From: Saccostrea cucullata
Taxonomy: Eukaryota
Length of the DNA: 64,000 nt
Reading direction: 5' to 3'
NCBI RefSeq assembly: GCF_032062105.1
Contig: NW_026923439.1
Span: 1-64,000 of the forward strand
Positions 25,921 to 38,718 of this stretch are shown piece by piece. Both the position numbers and the translations under genes were made by a program. How positions within the stretch are numbered: position 1 is the stretch's first letter; each line of letters opens with the position of its first letter. Under the pieces are notes generated by a model that made no database searches, was not told the DNA's origin, and was given only the letters and a program-made list of their open reading frames with translations.

Positions 25921-27649
25921 CGCACACTGTAAAAAGAGGACTTCCTTATCTTGTTATTTACTAACTGAACCCATTACTATCGGCAAAAACAACAGTTGTG
26001 CTTAGTGCTAAAGGATTTAAAAGTATTTACGTTTTACATCAATTTCAAATCTGAGAGAAAGTAACTGCAGAAGATACTGTCACAATAGTTTAAACATGTA
26101 CATTGTACAGTCACTTAGTCAGGCCATTGTAGTTGAACAGTGTGTTGAACTGTTGACTAATCTGCACAAGTTATTACAGTAAAGCCTCGAAACACAATAC
26201 GAACCTCTGATTTGCTTAAGCAGGACAAAAACTGGAAGCTCTCATGTGTATTCCATTATCTCGTCAGGTTACAGAAACGTCCTATTTGTCACAGGCGTCG
26301 GCGCACCTCAGCTCCGTTTTTGGTCGAGTTCTTTTTCGTTGTTGACACTTACAACGGGAAATAACTCTAGAAACTACACTGAATCGACAGGTGGATCTTG
26401 CGAAGAACAAGGGCGAATAAAATATCGGATCTGCCTACTAACACAATTTAACCTTGCATAATCTTATTTTTGACATATCAAAATCGTCGTATATGTCAAG
26501 TTTACATGTATCCACGTCCGATTCGAATCCTCTCAATATCGCTTGGCAAGTGTCCGATTCGAATCCCATTGTTTCCCCCAGTGTCCACAGCCAATTCGGA
26601 TACCATCATTCACTGTTTTTAACATTTCACCGTATTTTACTTTATGTTCCAAAATACTTTTTAAATCATTGCTCCCAAGTTTTTATTCTCACATCTTTAA
26701 AGATTTGAATATAAAATAGACGGCTTGTCTTGCTTACATACACCCCCAGATGTCTTGCAAAAATCACGATTTTGTGAAAATTTAGTGATATACATTAATC
26801 AGGTAAGCATTTCGGTCTATAAGTCCCCTTCCTTATAAACTTCCAAAGAAGATGGGTGAACCAGGATGCCTATCTTTTATAAATCATATTTAATGTGTGA
26901 TTAAGTATAAAAGTAAAGCTCTCAATATTATAATGCATGAAATCATGTAATTTTTTTTTATTATTTTTTTCCGAAATAAGGAAACTGGGAGATAAGCCGA
27001 GCCCTATGCCTACATGTTAATGAAAGATAAAATATTAACAAATCTGTTTTTCACAAATTCATTTTTTGATGAATTTATGTAATTCTTATTAACATTTGCA
27101 TACATTGCTAATGCCTTGATTAACCCAACAAAATGGCAGGAGGCTCAATTAATTTTCACAATATCTACATTTTAAAAGAAGAGTGGGTCATCCTACTTTT
27201 TTTTTTAGAACGAATGACGAAAGGCAATTTTTTTTTCTTTTTTACTTTAAGAGTCTTGCAAAAATGTGGTACGAAGATCCTATCTACATAAAAAATTAAG
27301 TTAACTCAATAACTTACTTATGGACTGGTTATATGAAATACAAGTCCAAATACGCCTGCTAATTGTGGAGAACTGTATATGCTTTCTAAGTTACTATGAA
27401 TGTGTGACTGAGTGACCTAGTGGTTTGCAAGAGGCTCTTAAAACGGACATTCTATATAAATATAAAGAGGAAAGTGTTCGAATCACATTGTAGTTTTGGG
27501 GGAGGTGTTTCTTTAATATTAATTTGCACAGCTGCAAAAGGGGCGTGGGCCCCCTCCGAATTATTTTCCAGTTTAGCAGTAAGTTTTCTCAGATGTCAAC
27601 ATCAATCATATCAGACCATTTTATTGCCTAGTATCATAAATCATTATTC

Positions 27650-27790
27650 CATGCGCGGATCTACAGGAGGGAGGGGGGGGGGGGGAGGGAGGTCCGGACC
27701 CCTGGAATTTGTTGTCAAGAAATGTCTGGGTTGGAAATTTTTTTTGACTGGGGTGGACCCCCCTGGAAAAAATTCCTGGATCGGCGCCTG
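27650..27790. mobile_element. 141-bp MITE with 7-bp TSD (ATTATTC)
   Basis: attattc|catgcgcggatc...gatcggcgcctg|attattc. Confidence 0.8.
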
Positions 27791-27894
27791 ATTATTCAAA
27801 CATTATTTTGATAACCTAGTTCTGAAAATATATTTTAAGAAGAATAAAACGTACGTTGATTTTACTACTGACAAATAACTTCTGTGGGAGATAT

Positions 27895-28121
27895 CACAGG
27901 CACCTGAAGTATGGATAATACCCCTAAAAATATAAAATTTCCCCGTCAAACACATCTATATGTCGTTATATGCAAGCAGATTGTACTTATCTCAATTTTA
28001 AAGAATGGCCCTATTCGGTATAATAAAAATATTTGACGGGGAAATTTTATATTTTTGAGATATTTTACACTCTTACATTTTTTTTTCATTAAAAAAAGGG
28101 GGGTCACTTCAGGTGCCTGTG
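27895..28121. mobile_element. 227-bp MITE with CACAGGCACCTGAAGT TIRs and 8-bp TSD (GGAGATAT)
   Basis: ggagatat|cacaggcacctgaagt...acttcaggtgcctgtg|ggagatat. Confidence 0.8.
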
Positions 28122-28958
28122 GGAGATATCGGAGATTACATCTCGGTATTGGTACTTTTGCGGAATACATGTACTCTTAGATTTCTATTACATATTTACT
28201 GATTTGCTTTAGGAAGTTATTAATATAGTTTGTTAATATCATGAAAAACATACATGTATTACAAAAACGAAGTATTCGTTATTTAGCAGTCTCAACCGCT
28301 ATTTCTTAAGTATTTTTAACTTCCTTATTTTGAACCATTACAAAATTATTTTGAAGCATTACAGTGCTCTGCACTGACAGAATTCAAGGGGTCAATATAA
28401 AGGAGAAACTGTAGCTTTATTCTGGTTTTATTATTTCATCTCAATACTGACAGTAGTATGCACAACACACAAAAAAGATATTCTCTGTTAACTCCTCACA
28501 GGCATATGACACCCTGGATATCTGGGGGTCTTTGTTTTATTTTAAGATTTCAATCATTTTAATTTTTGTTGTTGGGGGGGGGGATCAATCACAGTAATAA
28601 GACACAGTTTTTTATCATAAGATTTTCATTGTAAGGATAAACTAATTGACATTATGACTGGATTTATTAAAGAGAAGTGTGAGGATGAAACTAACTCACT
28701 ATTGACATTTTACAGTAATGGATAATTACTGAATTTTATGAACAATACAAACAAATTATACCCCATTACACATTTTTTTGTAGATTCAATGTTTATTAGG
28801 CAGTGTAAATAGACATACTCTGCTCAATGCATATCAGTCCTCCTCTTTACAGTCATCTTGTTAAGTCCACTTCACAAATCAGTTGATGTGTTTGCAAATA
28901 CATGTATTATAAACACAACATTCATATATATCACAATTTCTATGTTCATTTTCACATT

Positions 28959-30542
28959 TTATCTTTTAGATCCACTTTTTTCTCTCTTCTTATCCTTTAG
29001 TGTCTTGATTTTCTTTATTTCCTTATATAACACATTTTCTCTCACTGTAAAAGATTAAAAATTAAATAAAAAAAAAATGGTTTTATATGAACATCATTAG
29101 TTCATGTTTAAAAAAAAAGTTTGTTTGTACTCTCCTTACCAAATGGCTAGAAATAAGAATGATGCAACTCAAAACTGTTTTTGAACCTTCCAGACCACAA
29201 TACTTTTGTTACTCCTGAATTTTATTTTCATTCTGTCGACAAATATTTTAAGATTAAAAACAAATTTTTCACCCACCTACCTGCCAACAAAACTTTTTTT
29301 TACCTTTAGTCTGGAGAGGACAAGCAAACATTATTTAAAAGATGATCTTTTACTAGTATAATATATGTTTTCAATCCAGGTATATATTTATATGTACATC
29401 ATATGAGGAGGTCAGATACATCACAAAGGTATTGAATGTTAAAAACCTGGTTGAAATCTTGATAACATTTAAAAAGAAACAATTTGTAAATATTACCTAA
29501 TGGATCAAACAGTACAGCCTCTCCTGGTCCATCAATACGTGGCCGTAAGCGTACATATTTATGTTTTGTCCCTGCTAAACTTTCTAATAATACCAAGACA
29601 GTCCTGTAAAGATAACATATTAGGTTTATATGTACAAAATATACATTTTAATGTCTTATGGTAAAATCTGGTGATCTTCAAATTCAAATAAGTTTTAAAT
29701 TAATTATAAGAAATGTAAATTCAAAAGCTTTAAGTTTTGAACACAATGTTTGCATAAAAATCCAGATAGTACCTATTATTTATATGGCACATGAACTTGA
29801 GGTTGGGCTGGGACAATATATCATGAATATTGATTCCGTGTGAGGATGATATGCATATGCCATTGGATACATTTGAAGAAATATAAAAATTATTGTCTTA
29901 CATGTAACACCTCTTGCGTAGAATAATTTTGTTTTATTAACAACAGATATACAACTTTGAATAAATTATTCTCTTATTTGTGAAGATTTGTCTGGTTAAA
30001 TTCAATACAAACAAGCACTTGGAGAGTATTGCATAAGCAATACTGTAAAATCACATATTTTTGTGGGGTCAAATTTTCATGGTTTGAAGAAAATATCTTA
30101 GTTTGTGTGGATTTGATTTCGTGGATCAAGAATTTATGATTACTTATGTATGTAACATTTTACATTTCGTGGTGGATATGAATTCGTGGGTCTCGTCAGA
30201 CCCCGAAAACAACGAAAATGAACCCCCCATGAAAATCGGTGATTTCACAGTACATGTCTTGGGACAACCCCTCACCACAGCTAGAATGCCTCCCATATAC
30301 TCTCGATGTAGCAAAGAATTGCAAAATCTCTCCAAAACTATTTTGAAAATATAAAACTTTAAGGATTTGGGTTAAATAACTACCAAATTAATTGAAACAA
30401 ACCTTCTTGAAGTTTTGTAATAAATTGTATGCTTTAAACCTATTAAAAAATTATCAACATTAAGACGAAAATTCAACTTATTTTCTCAACGGTTTTTATT
30501 GCTTCATATTTACACAGAACTTTCTTTCATAGAATATGACAT
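28959..30542 (-). CDS. MRPL33: Mitochondrial ribosomal protein L33 (bL33m)
   Basis: Exons 30439-30403, 29603-29497 and 29044-28959 splice in frame to LKHTIYYKTSRRTVLVLLESLAGTKHKYVRLRPRIDGPGEAVLFDPLVRENVLYKEIKKIKTL..., matching the L33 pattern (LV..S.AGT...DP.V...VL..E.KKI). The first coding exon is uncertain (candidate 30542-30521 with a weak donor). Confidence 0.85.
30043..30250. mobile_element. TA-flanked MITE (CTGT...ACAG) in an MRPL33 intron
   Basis: ta|ctgtaaaatcac...gtgatttcacag|ta. Confidence 0.7.
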
Positions 30543-30699
30543 TTGTCAGTGTTTTCCCTAAGAACCGGCTACCGGCAAAATTGACCACTTCAATTGACAA
30601 AAATGCTGCTTTGAAATAAAAATTTGTTGTAAGGTCTATAGAGATTCTGTTCCTAAACCTCTGCCCCTAGCCTGTTACAACTGATCTCTAACCCTTTAT

Positions 30700-30965
30700 T
30701 ATAGTTTGCAGCTAACTGTAAAGTTTCACATTACATCACGATCTTTTTCGTCAGATGCATCCAGCGTAAACAATTCACGTGATCGGTCAACTCAAATTAT
30801 CAACATTGACATGGAAATAGTCTGTTGCACAAGCAACCAATCAGGGATAAGAACAAAGTTCCAGTTGTAAAGCTTGCGGTTAAGAGGCGTGTACAATTTA
30901 TCTGAGCGCAGCTGTCAACTAGATCGTGACGTAAAGTGAAACTTTACAGTTAGCTGCAAATTATA
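30700..30965. mobile_element. MITE with TIRs of about 45 bp upstream of the MRPL33 coding exons
   Basis: tatagtttgcagctaactgtaaagtttcacattacatcacgatc ... gatcgtgacgtaaagtgaaactttacagttagctgcaaattata. Confidence 0.8.
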
Positions 30966-32134
30966 ATACTTTGAAATAAAGGGAAAACACTGAGTTGTAT
31001 TAAGTTTGAGTTATTTTTATTTCCTTGCTACTTTGCGGCCAATACACAAAGTGCATTCTGTTGTTTAACTGGGTCCGTAGGACATTTATCATTTTAATGA
31101 TAGATTATTCTATCTATTTTGTCAATATAAAGCTACCAAGGAAATCAATAATTTTTTACATGACAGTCTGGTTTCGGACATTAAATAAGTGCGGCATGCT
31201 GATCGTGAACCCAATTATAACAAAATTTAAAAATTTATCAATTATAAGATATACCCGGTACATATACAGATGTTGTGTGTTCCATTGCAAAACTTAATAA
31301 TATTCACTGCCAATGTTTACGGGTCGAGTTCATCAAATTCCATGAGGATTTAATTCAATTATTGTAATTAGTTGGAGATCAGAAGGTGAGAATTTATTAA
31401 ATGACGTGTTGCTAGTCAAAACCAGCAAATTACTTACTTAGATGGTGGTATTATAATTAGCGTGGTGTTAAAATAATTCATATATATATTAATTATATAT
31501 ATCGATGTTTCGCAAAGCGACATAAATAAAGCGAGCAACAAATATAACGTGTAAGAACAAAGGAAATTCGGATTCAAAATTTACATACGTCAGCCAAATT
31601 TCTTTGTGCAACATTCCCAGAATTCCTACACTACCCAATGTCCTTTGCGTGAATATTGCCGAATAAATAAATAAATAATAACGTAATGCAGGCTTTCAGT
31701 TTGTAGAAATCTTTCAAAGAAACAAGAAATAACTCTGCAATGTTTTTCGACAAAAATTGCACTAGTTCTATAGTTTCAAATCAGAAAATAGCTGTCTCCG
31801 TAAGCTTTCCGACGAGCTTTGTGACGTCGTATGACGTCACAGCTAGTAGATTTCCTTCGTGCGGCTTGACGTTCGAAATGGCTGATCTCAAGTGTTTTTG
31901 ATGGTACAACTGCGCTCGCCCCAACGGTCACACCGTAAAACATATTATATATCTATATGTTTACTTCAAACGCAGACATAAATAATTATGTCTCTGCAAC
32001 AAATATAATCTTGAATGAAAAAAAATGTTTCTAAAAATATCAAAATTTACATCATGTAACATGTTTAAAATCTAAAATTTTGTTCAACGAATTTCAGTAG
32101 GCTAGCACATGTTTAACAGTTTGTACAACAATGC

Positions 32135-32218
32135 GGGGCGAACCATCTTAGCGCGAAACGGAATCGGTGCGAAACATCGTAGCACGAACCATGCATAGGT
32201 GCGAAACATCCCGTTACC
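32135..32218. repeat. Short GCGAAAC/ACGAACC repeat cluster ending in GTTACC, probably a transposon terminus
   Basis: Five copies of a (g/a)cgaa(a/c)c core at about 15-17 bp spacing. Confidence 0.5.
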
Positions 32219-32667
32219 CATAGTCAGATAATTCTAAAGTTGGCAGTTTTTGCTAGATTTTAAGGTAAATTTAAAATTACAATAGCGATTTAATTCAAAC
32301 AAATTTTCGAACATTATAATATATTACGTTCCTCACGTTTCTATTATAAGGGAAAATAATTTTTCACTACATACTTTCCTTTCGATGACATTCTGTTCAA
32401 TGTTAGTTTACTTCTTGAATCTTAATACATTTCCTTCTTTCCTTGAAGCGTCTATGGGATCTTGTTTTTAGATAAGTTATACTTTTTAAATTCGATAGCC
32501 CACAAAGATTACCCACTTATATATTTGTTCTATTTTTCAACCGCTATAGATGACTTTTTATAAACAAAGCTGACAAATTATAATTTTAGAAAAGGAAATC
32601 GATTCAATATTATTTAGACTAAAAACTGTACGAAAATCAAACGAACGCGTTCAAGCGAATGCAACTA

Positions 32668-32720
32668 AACCGGAAGTTATTTTCCGGATTTTAACGAAAA
32701 CTCACGAATGCCACGTTAGC
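32668..32720 (+). promoter_or_regulatory. TMED10 proximal promoter motifs: ETS site (ACCGGAAGT) and CREB3/XBP1-like TGCCACGT
   Basis: accggaagt at about 32669-32677 and tgccacgt at 32709-32716, 60-110 bp upstream of the ATG. Confidence 0.5.
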
Positions 32721-32779
32721 AAGCAAACGTGCTAATACGAGTGACCATATTCAGAGTTTTATCGAGACTTTTGTGCAAG

Positions 32780-35700
32780 ATGGATGTATTGCATGTATTG
32801 TCCGTTTTGATTGTTTTGACAGTTGTTTCAGTAGATTCGCTCATGTTTCACTTGGGCGCAAATCAAAAGAAATGCCTTAAAGAAGAGATTCATAAAGATG
32901 TTTTGGTAACCGGCGAATATCAACTCTCAGATGTGCCAGGTCACAAAACACAGCTTCTGGTACAGATATATTATATATCTAACTATTCAAGAGTGAATCT
33001 ACGTGTAAAATGTTTGAGAATTGGTTAAATTCCTTTAGGAACAGTAATAGTTTCAACTGTTTTTAAATGTAAACACTAAACTTTAACAGTGCAATGAATA
33101 TTGTTTACTTTAAAATTTTTCACAATAAGGTCATTTGTAGCTAGCCTCATGTTCATAAAACTGTAAATGTAATATAATGATGCTGCCTTTGTTAAAGCGA
33201 ACACAGCTACTTATTCAGTTTTAAACTAATTTGTACTGATCAAACCACATGTGCCATTTGCTAGGTACAGACTCTGCCATCACATGGAGTTTTCTGTATT
33301 TTTGCATTACCAAATCAAAGTCTGAACACTGCGAATTTAAATCAAACAAGTTAAATTTACTATTTATCTGTTATATACATCAATTAAAATCAAGAGGATT
33401 TTATCTTTTTCTTGGAATGTCTTGTTACTGCAACAACAATGTTTGCGGTGAGACACAATTTGCTAAGTATTCATGGTGGACACTTTTTCCTGTTAAATAT
33501 ATGTTGCCAAGCTTTTAGAAAGGAAATAGTTTTTTTCTTCAGTTCTTTTATTTGTTACACTAATATCTGGTATATATCGTAATACTGTAAAAGTTGAAAC
33601 AGGGCTAGACAAATAGCATTGCCCGACGTCCGGGACAACAATTTTTTGTTGGCGGGCAAGTATTTGATAACAGGTGCCAGCCCGCGGACAAGTGATTTTC
33701 CAATTAACAAAAAAAGATCTTGTACGATACTCAAATATTTTTTTGTGTTATCGCTTTTAAAGTATAAATCACAGCAAAGCACCTGTTTTCGCTGCTGTTA
33801 ACCACTGCATCAGCTGTACATACAAACATCGAATGGTTGGAATCCTCTAGAATTTACCCATGTTAAAATATGCAGATGTCGTAAAACATGAAGTTATCGA
33901 TGTCGTCAAAAACGGTGTATGAGAGTTTAGACATTTATTGTCAAAATATTAAATTATTACTGTGAATACAGATGCTTGTGGTGTTAAAATTGTTGTTGAT
34001 TGCTGTTCCCTGGCAAGCACTCTGCCATGATCTCTTAATCGATATTACATGCAGTAGTGTTCTGTTCACAGATTTGTGTTGTTTTTAGGTTTTATGAGAT
34101 TGATCACTGTCCGATATCTTCACCTTTTCCATTAAATAAATACAACATTAATTTAAAAAAAGGTGTATCTTATTGCAGAATTTTGAGAAAGAATACCCCT
34201 TAAAATACAACATTTCTCTCTAAATTTATCTGTGGAAGAATTTCGTGATTTTAAATCTAGGATGGTCTTACTGTAGTGTTTAAGTGTCTCACTCAACACT
34301 GCTCAAGAAATAATTTTATATCAATGCTTCATTACTGTATAATTTAAGAAAAAGGGGGGACAAGCATGTTTTTTGGTAGGACAAGTAGTTTTACAATGGT
34401 AACCTGTCCGAGGGCAAGTACTGCAAAATTCTATTTGTCTGTCCCTTGTGAAACTTGGATGATGTGAAAATGTTGACAAATTTGACGGATTTTTAATTAT
34501 CATCAAAGTTTTCACTCATTAACTTTTGCATTCCTGTAAAAGGGCACTGTTAGATACTAGTAAATCGTCAAAGTTTCCACTCGCCATTTTTCTAATTTAC
34601 AGAAGTTGTCAAACTTTCATTCCTTCAATATAACCACTTTAACATTATTAAATTGTATGTTTTAGGTGACAGATTCCAAGGGCCATATTCTTTATCAGAA
34701 AGATGATGCAAAGAAAGGAAAGTTTGCTTTCACAACAGAGGAGTATGACATGTTTGAAATCTGCTTTAACAATAGAATGCCAGGTGGTAAGTACTTGTTA
34801 TATAACTTATGGCTAGCTATTTATATGAACAAGATTAATTATGGAATATATGTACATGATAAAATTTACAGTAAAACTCCTTTAAATCCAAGTCCTAGGG
34901 ACCTGTAAATTTACTGTATCTATAATTTGTAACATCCAAAAAAAAAAAATTAACAAATTCGTTAATACAAAAATTTCAAATTTTCAATATTAAGGTATAT
35001 AATTATAGTAAATATGTGAACATAAGAAGCCCAGATCTGTTCATTTTATGTAAGTATACTTTCTTACAAATTTTCTTTGTATGTTTAAGGTGGCCAGAGT
35101 CCAGATAGAGAGGTTTCCTTGGACATGAAACATGGAGTAGAAGCTAAGAGCTATGATGAGGTAAATACTGATAGATAAAATGTATTATCACAAATAAAAA
35201 TGATAAAGATTTACATTACCATTTACCGGTAAAAATACAATAGGATTATGAGAAACATAATGCAATAAATCTGGTAAAAATTTTGAATTACTACTATTTT
35301 ACACTTTCAAACAAACGAAAAATTCTTCTGCTCTGTAGGCTACACAAAAATGTGTGAACTAATGTTCTAATAGGCCTTTCTTCATTTACCTTATGAATTT
35401 ATGTTGCAGCTAGCTAAAGCAGAAAAGCTGAAACCATTGGAAGTAGAGTTGAGACGATTAGAAGATTTATCAAAGTCTATTGTAGATGATTTTGAGTACA
35501 TGAAAGCCAGAGAAAAAATGATGAGAGACACTAATGGTAAATGTCTGCAATTCCAGCTGGTATTTGGGCTGGAGCTAATTTTGTAGCCTTGAAAAGTATT
35601 TTTTGCTGTAATACAAATTAAGTAGATAATGCTTTACATATCTAACACCCATATGTCTACATAGGGTATAGATATAATTATAGTAAAATTGATATTAATA

Positions 35701-36069
35701 CATAGGAAACACATGTATTTTAATGTTTGAGCCTTTATAGTGGACACAGATATATTGAATTCAGGCTTATGACAAACTCATTATTCACCAAGAAAATAAT
35801 CAAGTACACTGTATAAACTTAAATAATAATTTACAGACTTGACAGCTTTCATCTGTCCCAGACTATAACTAATGTTTTCTGCCAAAGTCTATATGTAGAT
35901 ACAATTTCGCCACACCTTGTTTTAAAATAATCTTGATCTGATTTCAGAATCCACCCACTCCCGTGTGATGTACTTCAGTATCTTTTCAATGTGCTGTCTA
36001 CTTGGACTAGCTACATGGCAGGTGCTCTATCTGAGGAGATTTTTCAAGGCCAAGAAACTCATTGAATGA
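32780..36069 (+). CDS. TMED10: Transmembrane emp24 domain-containing protein 10 (p24 delta/TMP21)
   Basis: Exons 32780-32959, 34666-34786, 35090-35160, 35410-35536, 35948-36069. Signal peptide, [50 protein letters not shown] and tail [13 protein letters not shown]. Confidence 0.97.
33600..34447. mobile_element. CAG-terminal non-autonomous element in TMED10 intron 1
   Basis: ttgaaa|cagggctagacaaatag...ctatttgtctgtccctt|gtgaaa; subterminal ggacaag/gggcaag repeats; imperfect 6-bp TSD. Confidence 0.65.
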
Positions 36070-37619
36070 ACACACAACAATATAGGACTATTAGGAACAT
36101 TTTTATTTATTTTGCTTCTGGGGTCATTTTTTACTAAAATTCAAGAGCAAATTCTTATTTTTGGGATTGGTTTATATAGTAATTTATATCTATTTTAGAT
36201 GTTAAATTTTGTAATTGGAATAAAGAATATTTAATTATTGATTGAAAATGATTTTTTTTAATCTTTTTTTTTCTCCCTCGAAATTAGCTTTAATAAATTA
36301 TTTTTGCCTACTCCAAAATTATGAGAAAGTTTTTGCGATTTAAAATTGTCAAATTATGTGACATTAAAAATGTTTCATTTTGATCTATGATGAGGCAACT
36401 ACATGTAAATAAACATGTTGAAAGAAGTGTAAGTTTATTCACAAGTTTGAAAATGTGCATAGTGATCTTTTGTGAGAGTGTGTATGTTCTATGATGAACC
36501 AAAGGTGTTCCCATTCAAAACATGTACATATGATGTATTTTAACAATATTTGATGAAAGTTTCACATACTAGAATCACTTTTGTTGAATGTAAATCACAG
36601 AAGATTAAGTTTTGTTATTTGCATATTTTAATCAGTCCTCGTAATTTTCACTCATTGTGTGAAATGTGCTGAAATACTTGCTAGCCAGGATGATCAATTT
36701 TTCAGTTTAAAAATTGCAATATTTATCAACCCTGATAAAAGTTGCTTGTTTTAAAGTTTAAGTGCATAGTAGGATTGAATATTCTTAAACTTTTCATAAG
36801 TTATGAAGATATAATGATAGAAAATTAATGCAAGTTTTATCTAACAATATTACCAGGTTTAACATATTGTAGAATAAAGAGGCCTGGACTGATCTCTGTG
36901 TAAATACATGTATATGTATAAGAACTACATGTACTGCTTCTTTATTATTTTTTTTTTTTTGATGTGTAATCATTACTGTTTGGTTGTTCAGGGTTTAGAT
37001 TATTTATTTCTCTTTATATACAACACTTTAACTGGTAATTTCTGCAGGTTGAAGTTGCAATTTCACTCTTCAAAATGACATTTTTAGAAATGAAAACTTT
37101 CTTTGACAAAAAATTCCAAAAGAATTTTATGCAATATTGTTCGGCACTTAATATTTTCTAGAACTTTGAAAATAGCAGAAATTGCCAGTGAAATTTTAAA
37201 AAGGAATTATAAAATAGCTATTTTTGTACTATGGGTTTATTTAGAGTGATTGTTTACATTCCTTTTAGTTCCCAAACATAATACATGTACCCTTATAAAA
37301 CTTGAATGTTTAAAATAAAAGTTTATCCAGAATGTTTGACTTTATGAGAGGCATATAGAATGCAAGTCTTTGATGTGTTTTCTCGACTCATTTTTTCAGT
37401 TTAATGATTTTGTTTCAATGAATATTTATAAACAATCTGTCATCTTTTAATATTGTTACTTGAAATGAATAAGTGTGTGATGAATGTTTTGTGTAAGTAG
37501 TTAAACAACATCAAGTATCTGTGAAAAGTTTTATCAATGAATGATAAAAGTTTGATGTAAAAACATTACCACTTTGTTTTGAATTAGCTCTCAAAGGAAG
37601 AAAAAAAGAGTTCTTTCTT

Positions 37620-38370
37620 TTTCGGCTCACCTCGGTGAAGTTAGGGGGAGCTTGTTTGATACCCTCTGTGCCAATGTCGGTGTTCACTTTGTAGGTTAAA
37701 GTGTTTGGTGCAGTTTTCTCTTAAGTACTTCTAGGACCTACATGAATCAGAGATGCAAGGAGGATGCTTCTAGTGTGTTTCATTGTACCAGCCAAGTTTT
37801 CAGTTGCTGCACTATCAGGAAAAGAATGATCTGATTATGTTTTTGGAGCAGGTTCAAGTTTTGGGTGCAGGTTAATGTTTTGGTGTAGGTCCCATTTTAA
37901 AATAATAAGTCCTGATTATGTTTTTGGAGCAGGTTCAAGTTTTTGGTGCAGGTTAATGTTTTTTTGAATCCAAATTTTTATAGATGATGCAACAAGAGAT
38001 GAACACTCTAAAACTTGCCTGAGATGCTGGATTTGAATTACTGAGTACATTTTCTGGATGAGTCACAAGTTTGAAGTTTTGGATAAGTCTTTTCCCAAGA
38101 AATAGCCAACCCTATCAGATCAAAACTGCAGAAATGTTGCATCTTGGGATGTACACTTGTAGATAATTAGATTAATGTGGGACTTTGCCTTACTTGAAGA
38201 CAACAACCTTTGAGGTGAACCTATTTCTTTGGGGAAAAGAGGTGGGGGTAAGGCGTTTATTTCTTTGACTTTTGATACCAACTGAACACAAATATTTGCT
38301 TTCGAAGGGGGGGGGGGGGTGTCAAAGGGCACTTGCAGTTGGGTTGGTATAAACATATAATTGCTCTGCA
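37620..38370 (+). mobile_element. Degenerate HINE-type repeat with an internal 81-bp duplication
   Basis: ctgattatgtttttggagcaggttcaagtttt at 37831 and 37912. Segment 38001-38080 matches the reverse complement of 51060-51130. Confidence 0.5.
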
Positions 38371-38718
38371 AATTCCGGGGTTCCGGGAAAAAAATGTAGG
38401 AATCTATTTCTCAGAAAATTCTACTTTTAGACTTCATGGCAACACTGTACTTCGATATTAAAATTAATGCAAAATCAAGGCCTAAAAATTATGACATGGT
38501 TTAAAAGTTCTTAATTTGTTTCATTGAATGAAATTTGTTCAAAATATCAAATATAGTTTTCAATTCTTCCAAACTTTGCTAAAATCAGAAATTGTGAGGT
38601 GAAGTACATTCTGGCAATGTCAGGGGTCCTGAGACATTGTCGTTACATGTAATACTAGTATATATTCGAATCATGGTTTGGTAGTGTGGATCAAAGTTCT
38701 GCATAGGAATATGTAGAA

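Noticed and set aside
27420-27791. 123-aa Gly-rich ORF
   Set aside because: Runs through a G-rich MITE; no coding signature or recognisable family.
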